Shown here in pieces: positions 50,431 to 63,375 of a stretch of 64,000 nucleotides of DNA; the first letter of the stretch is position 1, and the number at the start of each line of letters is the position of its first letter. Origin of the DNA: Octopus bimaculoides (Eukaryota); the NCBI RefSeq assembly GCF_001194135.2, contig NC_068998.1, positions 10,060,750 through 10,124,749 of the forward strand. The letters are read 5' to 3'. The notes under the pieces are model-generated. The model had not been told where the DNA came from and did not search any database. It saw only the letters and a list, made by a program, of their open reading frames with translations. Made by a program: the position numbers and the translations under genes.

Positions 50431-50486
50431 TAACAAAAGACTGTTACTCTGAGTTTCACGTTCCCGTTCATCGGACAGTTTTGTTA
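50431..50486 (-). ncRNA. Type I hammerhead ribozyme fold, CCGAUGA core variant
   Basis: UAACAAAACUGU CCGAUGA ACG ggaa CGU GAA ACUC a GAGU A / ACAG(uc)UUUUGUUA: 12-bp stem I with a 2-nt bulge, 3-bp stem II with GNRA loop, GUA site at 50445/50444. Confidence 0.7.
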
Positions 50487-51290
50487 GATGAACGGGAACA
50501 GTCTTTTGATATACATATGTATGTATGTATATATATATATATANNNNNNNNNNNNNNNNNNNNNNNNNNNNNNNNNNNNNNNNNNNNNNNNNNNNNNNNN
50601 NNNNNNNNNNNNNNNNNNNNNNNNNNNNNNNNNNNNNNNNNNNNNNNNNNNNNNNNNNNNNNNNNNNNNNNNNNNNNNNNNNNNNNNNNNNNNNNNNNNN
50701 NNNNNNNNNNNNNNNNNNNNNNNNNNNNNNNNNNNNNNNNNNNNNNNNNNNNNNNNNNNNNNNNNNNNNNNNNNNNNNNNNNNNNNNNNNNNNNNNNNNN
50801 NNNNNNNNNNNNNNNNNNNNNNNNNNNNNNNNNNNNNNNNNNNNNNNNNNNNNNNNNNNNNNNNNNNNNNNNNNNNNNNNNNNNNNNNNNNNNNNNNNNN
50901 NNNNNNNNNNNNNNNNNNNNNNNNNNNNNNNNNNNNNNNNNNNNNNNNNNNNNNNNNNNNNNNNNNNNNNNNNNNNNNNNNNNNNNNNNNNNNNNNNNNN
51001 NNNNNNNNNNNNNNNNNNNNNNNNNNNNNNNNNNNNNNNNNNNNNNNNNNNNNNNNNNNNNNNNNNNNNNNNNNNNNNNNNNNNNNNNNNNNNNNNNNNN
51101 NNNNNNNNNNNNNNNNNNNNNNNNNNNNNNNNNNNNNNNNNNNNNNNNNNNNNNNNNNNNNNNNNNNNNNNNNNNNNNNNNNNNNNNNNNNNNNNNNNNN
51201 NNNNNNNNNNNNNNNNNNNNNNNNNNNNNNNNNNNNNNNNNNNNNNNNNNNNNNNNNNNNNNNNNNNNNNNNNNNNNNNNNNNNNNNNNN

Positions 51291-51357
<67 letters not shown>

Positions 51358-51575
51358 GTATGTATGTATGTATGTATGTATGTATGTGTTTGTGTGTGTG
51401 TGTGTGTGTATGTATATATGTATGCATGTATATATGTATGTTTGTAAGTATGTGTGTACGACTATGTATTATGTAAAGTTGCGTTGAAGTCTACTCACAA
51501 CTAACGTCACTGAAAACAGTGCAAATAATCAAAGAACACATATAGGCGTACATACATACATGCATACATACATAC

Positions 51576-51612
<37 letters not shown>

Positions 51613-52766
51613 CGTACAATAACACCTATGTGTCCAAGATAAAAGCTATTAGAAACACCAAAGTTTGTTACACTATCAAATAAACCACTGCAGTAAGAAC
51701 TCGTTCGCTTTCTCTGGTTTTACCATTCCCTTGTTTAAAAGACTTTAACAGTGTGTGTGGGTCTGGGTGTGTAAAGAGGGGGGGAGAACATTCCTGAATC
51801 ATTTTTTAAACAACGCCAACATTGGACACTGTTTTCTTATCATATATGGGCTAACTTAAAGTTTATGTGTGCGTGTGTGTATATGTATGTAAATATAGTA
51901 TATATGTGTATATGTCTCTAGTTGTGTGTGTACATGTATGTNNNNNNNNNNNNNNNNNNNNNNNNNNNNNNNNNNNNNNNNNNNNNNNNNNNNNNNNNNN
52001 NNNNNNNNNNNNNNNNNNNNNNNNNNNNNNNNNNNNNNNNNNNNNNNNNNNNNNNNNNNNNNNNNNNNNNNNNNNNNNNNNNNNNNNNNNNNNNNNNNNN
52101 NNNNNNNNNNNNNNNNNNNNNNNNNNNNNNNNNNNNNNNNNNNNNNNNNNNNNNNNNNNNNNNNNNNNNNNNNNNNNNNNNNNNNNNNNNNNNNNNNNNN
52201 NNNNNNNNNNNNNNNNNNNNNNNNNNNNNNNNNNNNNNNNNNNNNNNNNNNNNNNNNNNNNNNNNNNNNNNNNNNNNNNNNNNNNNNNNNNNNNNNNNNN
52301 NNNNNNNNNNNNNNNNNNNNNNNNNNNNNNNNNNNNNNNNNNNNNNNNNNNNNNNNNNNNNNNNNNNNNNNNNNNNNNNNNNNNNNNNNNNNNNNNNNNN
52401 NNNNNNNNNNNNNNNNNNNNNNNNNNNNNNNNNNNNNNNNNNNNNNNNNNNNNNNNNNNNNNNNNNNNNNNNNNNNNNNNNNNNNNNNNNNNNNNNNNNN
52501 NNNNNNNNNNNNNNNNNNNNNNNNNNNNNNNNNNNNNNNNNNNNNNNNNNNNNNNNNNNNNNNNNNNNNNNNNNNNNNNNNNNNNNNNNNNNNNNNNNNN
52601 NNNNNNNNNNNNNNNNNNNNNNNNNNNNNNNNNNNNNNNNNNNNNNNNNNNNNNNNNNNNNNNNNNNNNNNNNNNNNNNNNNNNNNNNNNNNNNNNNNNN
52701 NNNNNNNNNNNNNNNNNNNNNNNNNNNNNNNNNNNNNNNNNNNNNNNNNNNNNNNNNNTATATATG

Positions 52767-52797
<31 letters not shown>

Positions 52798-52989
52798 GTA
52801 TATATATACGTATATATATAGGTATATATGTATATATATATATATACACACACACACATATATACACGCACACATATGCACTCTCATATACACATTCACA
52901 CTCACACATATGCACTTATTCAATTTTAGACCTGTTTGGTTCGGGGTCAGATTTCAATTCAGATAGGTACAGTAAATAACTTTGTTTCG

Positions 52990-53039
<50 letters not shown>

Positions 53040-54350
53040 TACACACACACACACAATGGACAGCCTCTACATAGTTGCGGACTTGGTAGTTAACGAACTT
53101 AGTATAAAAATAGCAGCCAAAAAAAATTCTTACCAAAAATACACGTGATGGTCACGGATTGAATGTTTTCGAACGATCAGAACTGACCTATGAATCCCTT
53201 TGATTCCTATTTTACTTAAGAGGTGGGTGGGGTGTCATCATAACCATTTGATGTCTAAAAACTTCTTTTATATTTTTTTTATGATTTAATACGTTTGGAA
53301 TTATGAGGGCAGCAGGCTAGGAGAATCGTCCGTCTTTACACCCTGAGTACAAATTCCGCCGAGGTAGAAAAAACAATTCTTTGGTACATGAAATCATTTG
53401 GAATTGAAGATTATTTGTTGGAGTGTAAACAACTCTGTCAAGAAAAATATCAACATTACAAAGAAAAAAAGAAAACAAAATGATTCACACTTTTTTTTAG
53501 TCGAAATGAGCAATTAGGTTACTTGATATATAACTATCGTAAATCCTCGAGTATAGTCCCTTGAGTATAATATACAAAGGATTTTTAGGGGGCACCCCTT
53601 CTCTAACTTGAGTCAAGGAGGTCTATATAACGTCCTTGGTTTGTAAACATATATACGGTAATGTCCTTTATTATTGTTGTATATATAACATAATGCAAAC
53701 GCGTAGCTTTTTTTGTGCACTTTGTTTGCAGAAAATAAAGAAATAACAGTAATAACGTCAGTGAAAAATAAATATTAAGTAAATTGCCTTTACATGTTTA
53801 TCACTTAGAAAATTTTGCTTAGAAAATATTTTTCATTTTTAACCTCGTATATAGTACGCACTAGAAATTTTGACCTTTGGGGGAAAAAAAGTGCGTATTA
53901 TTCTCGAGGATTTACGGTAATCTTTCCAAGTTGCAATATTTTCTTTAGGCAGGAGGAAAAAATAGAGAGAGAGAGTAACAGTATGGAAGCGTAACCTTTT
54001 GCTGAAGGTTGCAATCGCGTTGTTAAAATTCAAATCTTGCAAAAGTTTCAGTTTCAGGCAACATCAAAGACAAAGGGTATCAGCACTTATTCCATTAGAT
54101 CAAGTACTAATGTCTATGCATGTTCAAATGTTACCAAGCCAACTGAAGTCTTTTTTGCAACATTACTTGAGCAAATTGAATATAAGTTTAAACTTTGATA
54201 AAACTACGTTCACAGGAAAAGACCGCTACTGATATCGGTCGTGTGAGAGGGACAAAAGCTTCCCTTACAGCAAGTACGGAGATACGTACGTACTTTCAAA
54301 GTATATGTTGCTCGGAAATAGAATTTGTCTTCATCTTACCAGATTAAAAG

Positions 54351-54429
54351 AAATCTTTGATAGTTTCTGTTGCTGTAAGACGTAAGACAGCAACGTACAT
54401 CTCACAGCAACAGAGACTATCAAATATTT
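54351..54429 (+). ncRNA. Candidate pri-miRNA hairpin
   Basis: 34-position unbulged stem (30 Watson-Crick, 1 G-U, 3 mismatches), 11-nt loop, CATC at 54435-54438. Not recognised as a known family. Confidence 0.45.
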
Positions 54430-54896
54430 TCTTTCATCTGGGACAATGAAGACAAATGCTGTTTCGGAGCAACGGACGCACGCACGTATGGACATCAGTC
54501 CATGCAACCATTCTGCTGAAAATTATCCGCTGGTACACCTTCGCAGTAACTCTACTTCTCGACGATTTCTCCAGTTCCTTTTATTTACAAACTAGATTAT
54601 CGAACTCGCATGGTAAGCAAACAAGTGTTGCTTATGTATTGGAGTTGTATAGAATATATCATCATATCGGAATTTTCTCTCAAATCTCGATGTAGAACGA
54701 AGTGTATTCGATGCATTAAATTTAATTTGAACTAAATGTTACTTTCTCAGATGCAGGCACGGAATTTTGTCAGTGAACAGGTCGCGGTTTCAAAGCGACG
54801 AAAATATTTTGACTATTTAAATGTTGATGAGAATCTAACAATTTTTGTGTTTTTAAATGGCTTAAACACCTTCCACACTGCAATTGTTTGTGTTAC

Positions 54897-54939
<43 letters not shown>

Positions 54940-56689
54940 ATCTTTTGTCTCAGTCAGAGACTGAGGTTATATTCTGAGGTACTGCCTTGATTAATTTTAA
55001 TCGAATGAATCGACTCTGTTACTTATTTTTTTAAAGCCTGGTACCTATTCTATTGGGTTCTTTTGCCGAACCGCCAGTCATAATATCGATGCACATGCAC
55101 AAACACGCATGTGTGTGTGTGTGCGTGTTCTTGTACGCTTTGTACGGCTCAGTATAATCACACCTACGCATAAAACGAATGTGTATGTGTAGATGCATTT
55201 ACGTGTGGTACTTGTATAAATACGTGTGTATATATGCGTGAGAGAGAGAGAGAGAGAGTGTGTATGTATATGTGTGTGATGTTTTGTGATAGTCGCAACA
55301 TGGTTACCCCATTACAAACAGTCTCCTTAGTAATTCTGAAGGAAACACTTCATGTCGAACGTAAAGTCAAACAAATATATAAAAAAAAATTCTGTACAAA
55401 AAGAAATAATAAAATGAAATGAAATAAAACAAAACAACGTTTATCCAGCAAAACAAAAAGAAGTATGCAGAAAACCGTGGAGAGATGAGGTGGCGGTGGA
55501 GATTGCGATACGAAATTTGTGAAGACGCTGGAGGGAGACATAGTGAGAGAGAGAGAGAGAGAGAGNNNNNNNNNNNNNNNNNNNNNNNNNNNNNNNNNNN
55601 NNNNNNNNNNNNNNNNNNNNNNNNNNNNNNNNNNNNNNNNNNNNNNNNNNNNNNNNNNNNNNNNNNNNNNNNNNNNNNNNNNNNNNNNNNNNNNNNNNNN
55701 NNNNNNNNNNNNNNNNNNNNNNNNNNNNNNNNNNNNNNNNNNNNNNNNNNNNNNNNNNNNNNNNNNNNNNNNNNNNNNNNNNNNNNNNNNNNNNNNNNNN
55801 NNNNNNNNNNNNNNNNNNNNNNNNNNNNNNNNNNNNNNNNNNNNNNNNNNNNNNNNNNNNNNNNNNNNNNNNNNNNNNNNNNNNNNNNNNNNNNNNNNNN
55901 NNNNNNNNNNNNNNNNNNNNNNNNNNNNNNNNNNNNNNNNNNNNNNNNNNNNNNNNNNNNNNNNNNNNNNNNNNNNNNNNNNNNNNNNNNNNNNNNNNNN
56001 NNNNNNNNNNNNNNNNNNNNNNNNNNNNNNNNNNNNNNNNNNNNNNNNNNNNNNNNNNNNNNNNNNNNNNNNNNNNNNNNNNNNNNNNNNNNNNNNNNNN
56101 NNNNNNNNNNNNNNNNNNNNNNNNNNNNNNNNNNNNNNNNNNNNNNNNNNNNNNNNNNNNNNNNNNNNNNNNNNNNNNNNNNNNNNNNNNNNNNNNNNNN
56201 NNNNNNNNNNNNNNNNNNNNNNNNNNNNNNNNNNNNNNNNNNNNNNNNNNNNNNNNNNNNNNNNNNNNNNNNNNNNNNNNNNNNNNNNNNNNNNNNNNNN
56301 NNNNNNNNNNNNNNNNNNNNNNNNNNNNNNNNNNNNNNNNNNNNNNNNNNNNNNNNNNNNNNNNNNNNNNNNNNNNNNNNNNNNNNNNNNNNNNNNNNNN
56401 NNNNNNNNNNNNNNNNNNNNNNNNNNNNNNNNNNNNNNNNNNNNNNNNNNNNNNNNNNNNNAACCTTCTTCAACTTGTTGACTTATATTTTACTTTATTC
56501 TTTATTTTGTTTTATGAGCTTTTTTGTCCGAGTTGATATTTTTAGGGAAGATTACGGGTTGGAGAGAATTTAGGAGATGATGGTGGTGGTGGTGGAGGTC
56601 TAAACTCGGAATGAATGAATTAATTTAATCGATGACTTCTTATTGTTTTTCTTTATCTTTTAAACTTGTTTCAGACATTGGACGACGAT

Positions 56690-56985
56690 CATGTTGGGGC
56701 ATTGCCTCGAATGGTCAAAGCCTGGTGCTTATGCTATCGGTCTCCCCCCCCCCAACAGCCAAATTACGAGGACGTAGACAAAACAACACCGGATGTCAAG
56801 CAAGCGTAGGGGCAGAGACGCATACAGAAACACACACATACGACGGGCTGTCATACGGTTTATCAAATCTATTCACAAGGCTTTGGGTTAGCCCGGGGCT
56901 TTGGTAGGAGACAGTTTGCCCATGCTTCCACGCAATGGGACTGAACCCGGAATTATGTGTTTGAGAAGCAAACTTCTTAACTTGA
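56690..56985 (-). mobile_element. SINE family B, diverged
   Basis: atacgacgggctg...attcacaaggctttgg...gggactgaacccggaa...gcaaacttcttaac. Confidence 0.7.
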
Positions 56986-57162
56986 GAGAGAGAGAGTGTG
57001 TGTGTGTGTTTGAACGAGAGAAATGAAATGAGAGGGCGAAAGGTAAATGGTGAGGGAAGATGGAAAAAGAAAAGAAGCATCGTGAAATAATGAATTTAAG
57101 AATAACCCTGAAAGAAGAGTCGATGAAGAAAAGGAAAGATTGGAGGGAGGACNNNNNNNNNN

Positions 57163-57277
57163 AAACGCCACGAGTAAATGATGTTTTAAATGACACATTC
57201 TACCAGTATACGAAATTTGAAAGTGTTTAGTTACAAAAAGTTATTTTTTTTATGTGCCGGCCAAAAGGAAAAGATCC
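57163..57277. mobile_element. Diverged right end related to the 19360-20011 element
   Basis: gatgttttaaatgacacattctaccagt...aaagtgttt...aagatcc. Confidence 0.6.
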
Positions 57278-57921
57278 ATTTTCTGGATATACATTTCCCT
57301 AGTTTTACACGAAGTTTTTTTTTTTGTTTTTAATCTTGTCACATATTTTACTGTTAATTTTCTAACAGATTAAGCGACCAAGGAGGCAATGAAGATGATA
57401 AGATTGGAAAAGAAAAACGAAAATGTCAGAAAACGGCAATAATGTATAAAAAAGACTGAGCGAGAAAGAGAGCAACATAGAAGGTGGGAGTATGTGTGGG
57501 AGAGGGGGATGATGTATGTGTGTAGGAGGAAGATACTATATGAGAGAAAGAAAAGTGTGTAAGGGACTGAGAGAGAGCAGGATATACGAAACAAATGCAG
57601 GCTTATACTCCTCCACAAGAAACTATTTCCTGTTCGACCGAAATATGTAAGAAAGAATCTTTCTGAAAGGAAATGGTCATTCTGTAAAAACAACAACCAA
57701 CAATGTCACCCGACAGCAAAACAAAATTCCATAAATACTATTTGTAATTCTGTATTGACTCGAATTGAAAAAAATGTGTCACTCAAGGACTTCAGTTTGA
57801 CCAATTTTCATGATGTTTCATATTTAGATACTTTTATTAAATTCATTCAGTTGTTAAACATAAACAAATCTCGGAATTGAATGGTTTTGATTTACTGTCA
57901 AGTGACTTTTGGCCAACCCTG

Positions 57922-57952
<31 letters not shown>

Positions 57953-58774
57953 TGATAAATAATCATTAAGCATTCACTTCCTGATCCCCCACCGCTATTT
58001 CAATCCGGCTACCACCGATCTATTGCATCGACACGTATACAATTATTTTCCGTTTTTTCCCACACGTACAAAATCTGAACCTTGTCACTTGTGTATTATT
58101 TACCCCTTTACCTGTAAAAGTCACACAATTATTTTTCCCTATTCCTCCTTCACTCACTCACATCACGAACACACTAAACATTGACACCTGTGTCCTCTGA
58201 CCTCCAATTATTCACCCATGCCCTCATATTCATTATTCCCCTCTCATATTCATAGGCTGAACTTTATGTTTACAATACAAAAAGTGAATTCGTAACCCTC
58301 ATCACGCTACCTTTTTTTCCCCTCGTTACTTAGATTCCCATTTCGTATGTTACACGTCTATTCTCACTTTCATCTTGTTAGTATTCGCAGTAATACTAAA
58401 TCAGGTATGGGGAAAGCTGTCTCCCGTCCCCAAAACGGGCCGCATGAGGCATAGTTCAGCATACGGCAGGCTTGCAATACTAAAAGATTCAAGGTAAATT
58501 TTCGTTTAGCTGCGTCATTCAGAAAGTCTCGCAGACCGCAGGTTGCCCGTGGCTTGTCGAAATGACCATTATCATTAGATGTTATCAGAAGGCTCATTAT
58601 CAAGGATCTCCATTCGGGTTTTGTTCCTGGCATTCTGATACACTCATCGACGGACAATGTAATCGACTTAACCCCTCCACCGAAATTGCAGGCAATGTGC
58701 TAAAATTTGAAACCATTCTTAGACATTCGCTGTAACAGCTTAGTCCAGTCCTTGATGTTATTAAAACAGTTTGA

Positions 58775-59150
58775 TATAAACCGACCGACCGTCCGTCCGT
58801 CCGTCCGACCGACCGACCGACCGACTGACCGTCCGGCCGTCCATGTTTCCGGCTATCCGGTAGGGCGATTTGTCTAGATCAATGCAACCCTTCCACACCA
58901 GATGTCTCGATCTTCCATAGCAGTCTTCATAGTCTCAACTTCATGTCCAGCATCTTTCACAAACTGATCGACGTATGTTCCTCTCGATCTGCCGATACCT
59001 GTATGTCCATGCGTGGGTTTCGAGAGAGGAGATCACTGGATATTTCATACTTGCTTCTCCAGCAGTGCCCAGCATAACATATTCTTTCTTTGTAATATTC
59101 TTTCTAGTAATAGTCTGAGAGTATACTTTGTGCTCCAACCAGCGCTGAAT
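58775..59150 (-). mobile_element. RTE-superfamily LINE 3' end, frameshifted, with a tetranucleotide tail
   Basis: Minus-strand frames give RICYAGHCWRSKYEISSDLL and KPTHGHTGIGRSRGTYVDQFVKDAGHEVETMKTAMEDRDIW, then (GGAC/GGTC)n at 58775-58845. Confidence 0.85.
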
Positions 59151-60431
59151 TAACCAGTAAGCAAAATAAGTAAATAATGCAATTGAAAATTTCACAGTCG
59201 AACTGTCAGCCCCCAAACGTCAGATCCCTGTTCTCATCAATTCATTCGAACTTTACTATATACCATTCCGTATCTGCACCTGCTGACCCAAAGTTTCTAA
59301 TAGAGCGAGGGCCCTAGGTCCCCACAGGGAGGCGGCTGTAAGAATTGAAAAAGTTGAGGTGAGGGCAACAGATTGCTTTGTTAATCGTTCTCTGTGTTTG
59401 ATCTTTTACTTGTTTCACTCATTGGACGGTGGCCGTGCTGGAGCACCACTTTGAAGGGTTTTGGGTCAAACAAATTGATCTCAGCACATATTTCAATTTT
59501 TCAAGTCTGGTACTTTATTCTATGGGCTTCTTTTGCCGCACCGCTAAGTTACAGAGACGTAAGTAGAAGATAAAAGATAAAGACGTGTGGGCATTGAAGT
59601 TATTGATGGAAGGTGGAGTTCAAACAGAAAGGAACCTATAACTTCAAAGTGCTTGTCAGATAACGTTTGAACCTGGTGAGGAGAGAAAAGGTTTATATAG
59701 GGGCAGAGGGTGCCATGCAAAGAGTCTAGCGTAGGGTAGATAATAGATTTGTTTGAATTTACTTTCTTCAGAATAAACTTATATAACACCACCAACGCGG
59801 AGAGAGATATACACAGCTACATCTATTTGATTTCGTTTTGAACAGTAAAAGCTGTGTGTGTGGGTGGGTACATGTGCGTACATACACAAATACATGTGAA
59901 TAAATAAATGAATAAATAAATATATATANNNNNNNNNNNNNNNNNNNNNNNNNNNNNNNNNNNNNNNNNNNNNNNNNNNNNNNNNNNNNNNNNNNNNNNN
60001 NNNNNNNNNNNNNNNNNNNNNNNNNNNNNNNNNNNNNNNNNNNNNNNNNNNNNNNNNNNNNNNNNNNNNNNNNNNNNNNNNNNNNNNNNNNNNNNNNNNN
60101 NNNNNNNNNNNNNNNNNNNNNNNNNNNNNNNNNNNNNNNNNNNNNNNNNNNNNNNNNNNNNNNNNNNNNNNNNNNNNNNNNNNNNNNNNNNNNNNNNNNN
60201 NNNNNNNNNNNNNNNNNNNNNNNNNNNNNNNNNNNNNNNNNNNNNNNNNNNNNNNNNNNNNNNNNNNNNNNNNNNNNNNNNNNNNNNNNNNNNNNNNNNN
60301 NNNNNNNNNNNNNNNNNNNNNNNNNATATAGTCATAAAGTGGGAGAGAGCCTTGCTAGATGCATGCTCTATCTAAAAAGGAGTTTCGAGTGTGTGTGTGT
60401 GTGTACAAACATCTTTGATCACCAGTCTGAT

Positions 60432-60655
60432 TGATAAGTCTCAGTGGTTAGTGTCGGACTCCCAATCATAACGTAATGAGTTCGATTCCCGGACCTGACT
60501 GTGTGTTGTGTCCTTGAGCAAGACACTTTATTTCACGTCGCTCCAGTTCACTCAGTTGTAGAGAAATGAGTTGCGATGTCACTGGCGCCAACCTGTATCG
60601 GCCCCTTTGCCTTTCTCTTGGATAACATCAGAGGTATGGAGAGGGAAGGCTGGTG
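60432..60655 (+). mobile_element. tRNA-derived SINE family D (CORE-like)
   Basis: cagtggttag A-box, gagttcgattccc B-box, gtgtccttgagcaagacacttta, ctccagttcactcag. Confidence 0.75.
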
Positions 60656-61354
60656 GCGATAAACATTAACTCTAGATATGTCTGTATATCTGTTTACATA
60701 TATAAAGAAAGGAAGAAAATGACTGACGAGATGGAGGTAGAAACCGTTCGGAGACCCTTACTTCAAGGAAACTTAAAGTAACAGTCGATGCGACAATGTT
60801 TCGGTATAAGTATATGACGTCAGTGATGAGTAACTTTGGGTACGAGTGTGTGTTTAACTGTTCAGCTTCGTCGAGCAGAAACACAATGCCACACACTCAT
60901 TCATGACATCATAGATTTTTACCGAAAGATTGCCATGGCGATCCTTCGGTATTGGTATACAGAGTGTCGGTATGGAGATGCGACGTCGTTCACTTTCTTT
61001 TTTAGCCTAGGCTCTTTATCGATGTCACGAGGGAAGTTTGAACGGGTAAATGATGTCGTCTTCAAAATGCCGAAGGGCTGTCACTATTATTATTGTTAGT
61101 TATATTTTTCAATTTTAGTTTTTAATCAAATAAAATGGTATCATATAATCAATTCCGTTGTTGTCATTACTATTATGGTAAAAGCTTTTTAATGGTAAAC
61201 TAGACGCTAAGATACCAAAAAATGTCATTTTGAACAATTAAAATTACAACGTTGCTGTTGAGAAAAAAAAATCATTAACTTGATTAAATTTTGGGAAAAA
61301 AAGTAAAATTGTAGGGAGAGAGAATTCCGAAATTTTAATAAATTTATGTTCAAT

Positions 61355-61405
61355 ATGGAATGCGGTATGGAATGGAATGGAATCGAATGGCATGGAATGG
61401 AATGA
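61355..61405. repeat. (TGGAA)n pentamer microsatellite
   Basis: atggaatgcggtatggaatggaatggaatcgaatggcatggaatggaatg. Confidence 0.8.
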
Positions 61406-62059
61406 ATACATACGTACGTACGTACGTACATACATACATACATACATACACAACGCTTCGGCCCATAAATTAGCAGTTCGGTATAAGGCACCATTTGTCC
61501 GATAAAAATTCTTCAAGGCGGTGTCCCAGCATGGCCGCAGTCTAAGGACTTAAATAAAAGAATAAATGAATACATACGTAGACACACGGACAGACCGATA
61601 ACTGCGTGGGAAAGGAAGCTACTGAAGAAAACTTCTCATAATTTCTGTACAAAAGGATAATTCACATCTCCCCATTTCTATTGAGATTTTCAGGGCCTTG
61701 AGATAAAATAGGGCGAGGTTCAGGGCAACCCATTGGAGTGGAAATATTCGAAGGTTTGTTCCCACTTATACAAATAACACCTGTTTTATAACGTACAGAT
61801 TTTCGGGGAATTAATGCACAGATAAAAAACTAAGTATTTTGTATTGATTCAAGTGCAAAACGTCAATACGGGTGCGCGCGTGTGCGTGTAATATTGTAAG
61901 GCTTCGACAAGTAGAAAAGCACTTGATCAGCTAAGAGAGTAAAGATAATGTTATAATAAAAAACACAAATCTTGTTAAACCTTCGCGAGATAAATTATTA
62001 TTTCGACCAGGAAACCTTAGCTGGGTTTTAACCTGTATTTAACAAGATTTGTGAGTTTT

Positions 62060-62140
62060 ATTATAACATTGTATGTATTTATTATAACATTGTATGTATT
62101 ATAACATTGTATGTTATATTATAACATTGTATGTATGTTA
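62060..62140. repeat. Minisatellite with core tattataacattgtatg, 4 copies
   Basis: Direct reading. Confidence 0.85.
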
Positions 62141-62163
62141 TATATGTATGTTATATTACCACT

Positions 62164-62530
62164 ATGTGGTAAGTAGCTTGCTTAACCAACCACATGGTTC
62201 CGGGTTCAGTCCCACTGCGTGGCACCTTGGGCAAGTGTCTTCTACTATAGCCTCGGTTCGACCAAAGCCTTGTGAGTGGATTTGGTAGACGGAAACTGAA
62301 AGAAGCCCGTCGTATGTATATATATGTGTGTGTGTGTTTGTGTGTCTGTGTTTGTCCCCCCAACTTCGCTTGACAACGTGCTTACGTCCCCGTAACTTAG
62401 CGGTTCGGCAAAAGAGAACGATAGAAAAAGTACTAGGCTTACAAAGAATAAGTTCTGGGGTCGATTTGCTCTACTAAAGGCAGTGCCCCAGCATGGCCGC
62501 AGTCAAATGACAGAAACAAGTAAAAAAAGA
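62164..62530 (+). mobile_element. SINE family B, near full length
   Basis: gtggtaagtagcttgcttaacc...cagtcaaatgacagaaacaagtaaa. Confidence 0.9.
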
Positions 62531-63375
62531 GTTATAAAAAGGTAAAATTTAAGCAACCACAGGACGCAGCATGCGCGTTCTGCGCATGTACCAAACTCCA
62601 CGTGGTCTGCGACAAAAAGGAAATTTGAACAAGACGGGCAGCCATCTTGAAAAATCTTAAAAGAAGTCAAATAAATTTATAATGTCTGACTACAAGATCA
62701 TTGCTGAGATTTATCCAGAGTGATTTTAATGAGAGGTATGTAAAAGACAATTTATTTTCGTAGCATAATTTTCTGTAAGAAATTGTTTTTTTCTTACACA
62801 CAAACACATACACGGCATCGCTCGTTTCCGGTGCGAATAAACGTTTTTAATTACCATTTTTTGCTTTCTCTGCTTATATCGTAGCAACGGACTACGCGTG
62901 TTACTTTGGCATTATCATTTACGGGGAGAAAAATATGGAAAAATATCAATAGATGTGACAGCGATCAAGAAACGGGGGAGGTCTTGGGATGTGCTAGAAA
63001 CAACAGCCAGATCCCCCCCCCCTTAAATCACGCACTTTCCTCTGTAACCCTAATCCTAAACACCGGATGTGTGTATTCTGGTAAAAGTAAAGACACACAC
63101 ACGTGTGTGTGTGTGTGTGTGTGTGATGGATTTCTTTCGGTTTTCGTCTATCGAATCTACTCACNNNNNNNNNNTAATTAAAAAAAAAAAAACGTTGTTA
63201 ACAGCCGGAGCTTTCTGGAACTGAATGATTGCACTTTACACATTTTAGTTTGTGTATAATTCTTTTCTACTCTAGGAACAAAGCCTGAATTTTGGGGGAG
63301 GGAGGGGGGAGCAATCGAATAGATCAGGGGTTTTCAAACTTTTTGACTTGCGGACCCCTTTATATTTCAGGCTTT

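Noticed and set aside
58941-59216. 91-aa ORF as a possible host-gene exon
   Set aside because: The overlapping frames carry RTE LINE motifs (AGHCWRS, PTHG, MEDRDIW); it is a frameshifted retroelement.
60850-60890. VFLLDEAEQL Walker-B-like peptide on the minus strand
   Set aside because: Isolated short match in a 74-aa frame, with no Walker A and no credible splice sites.
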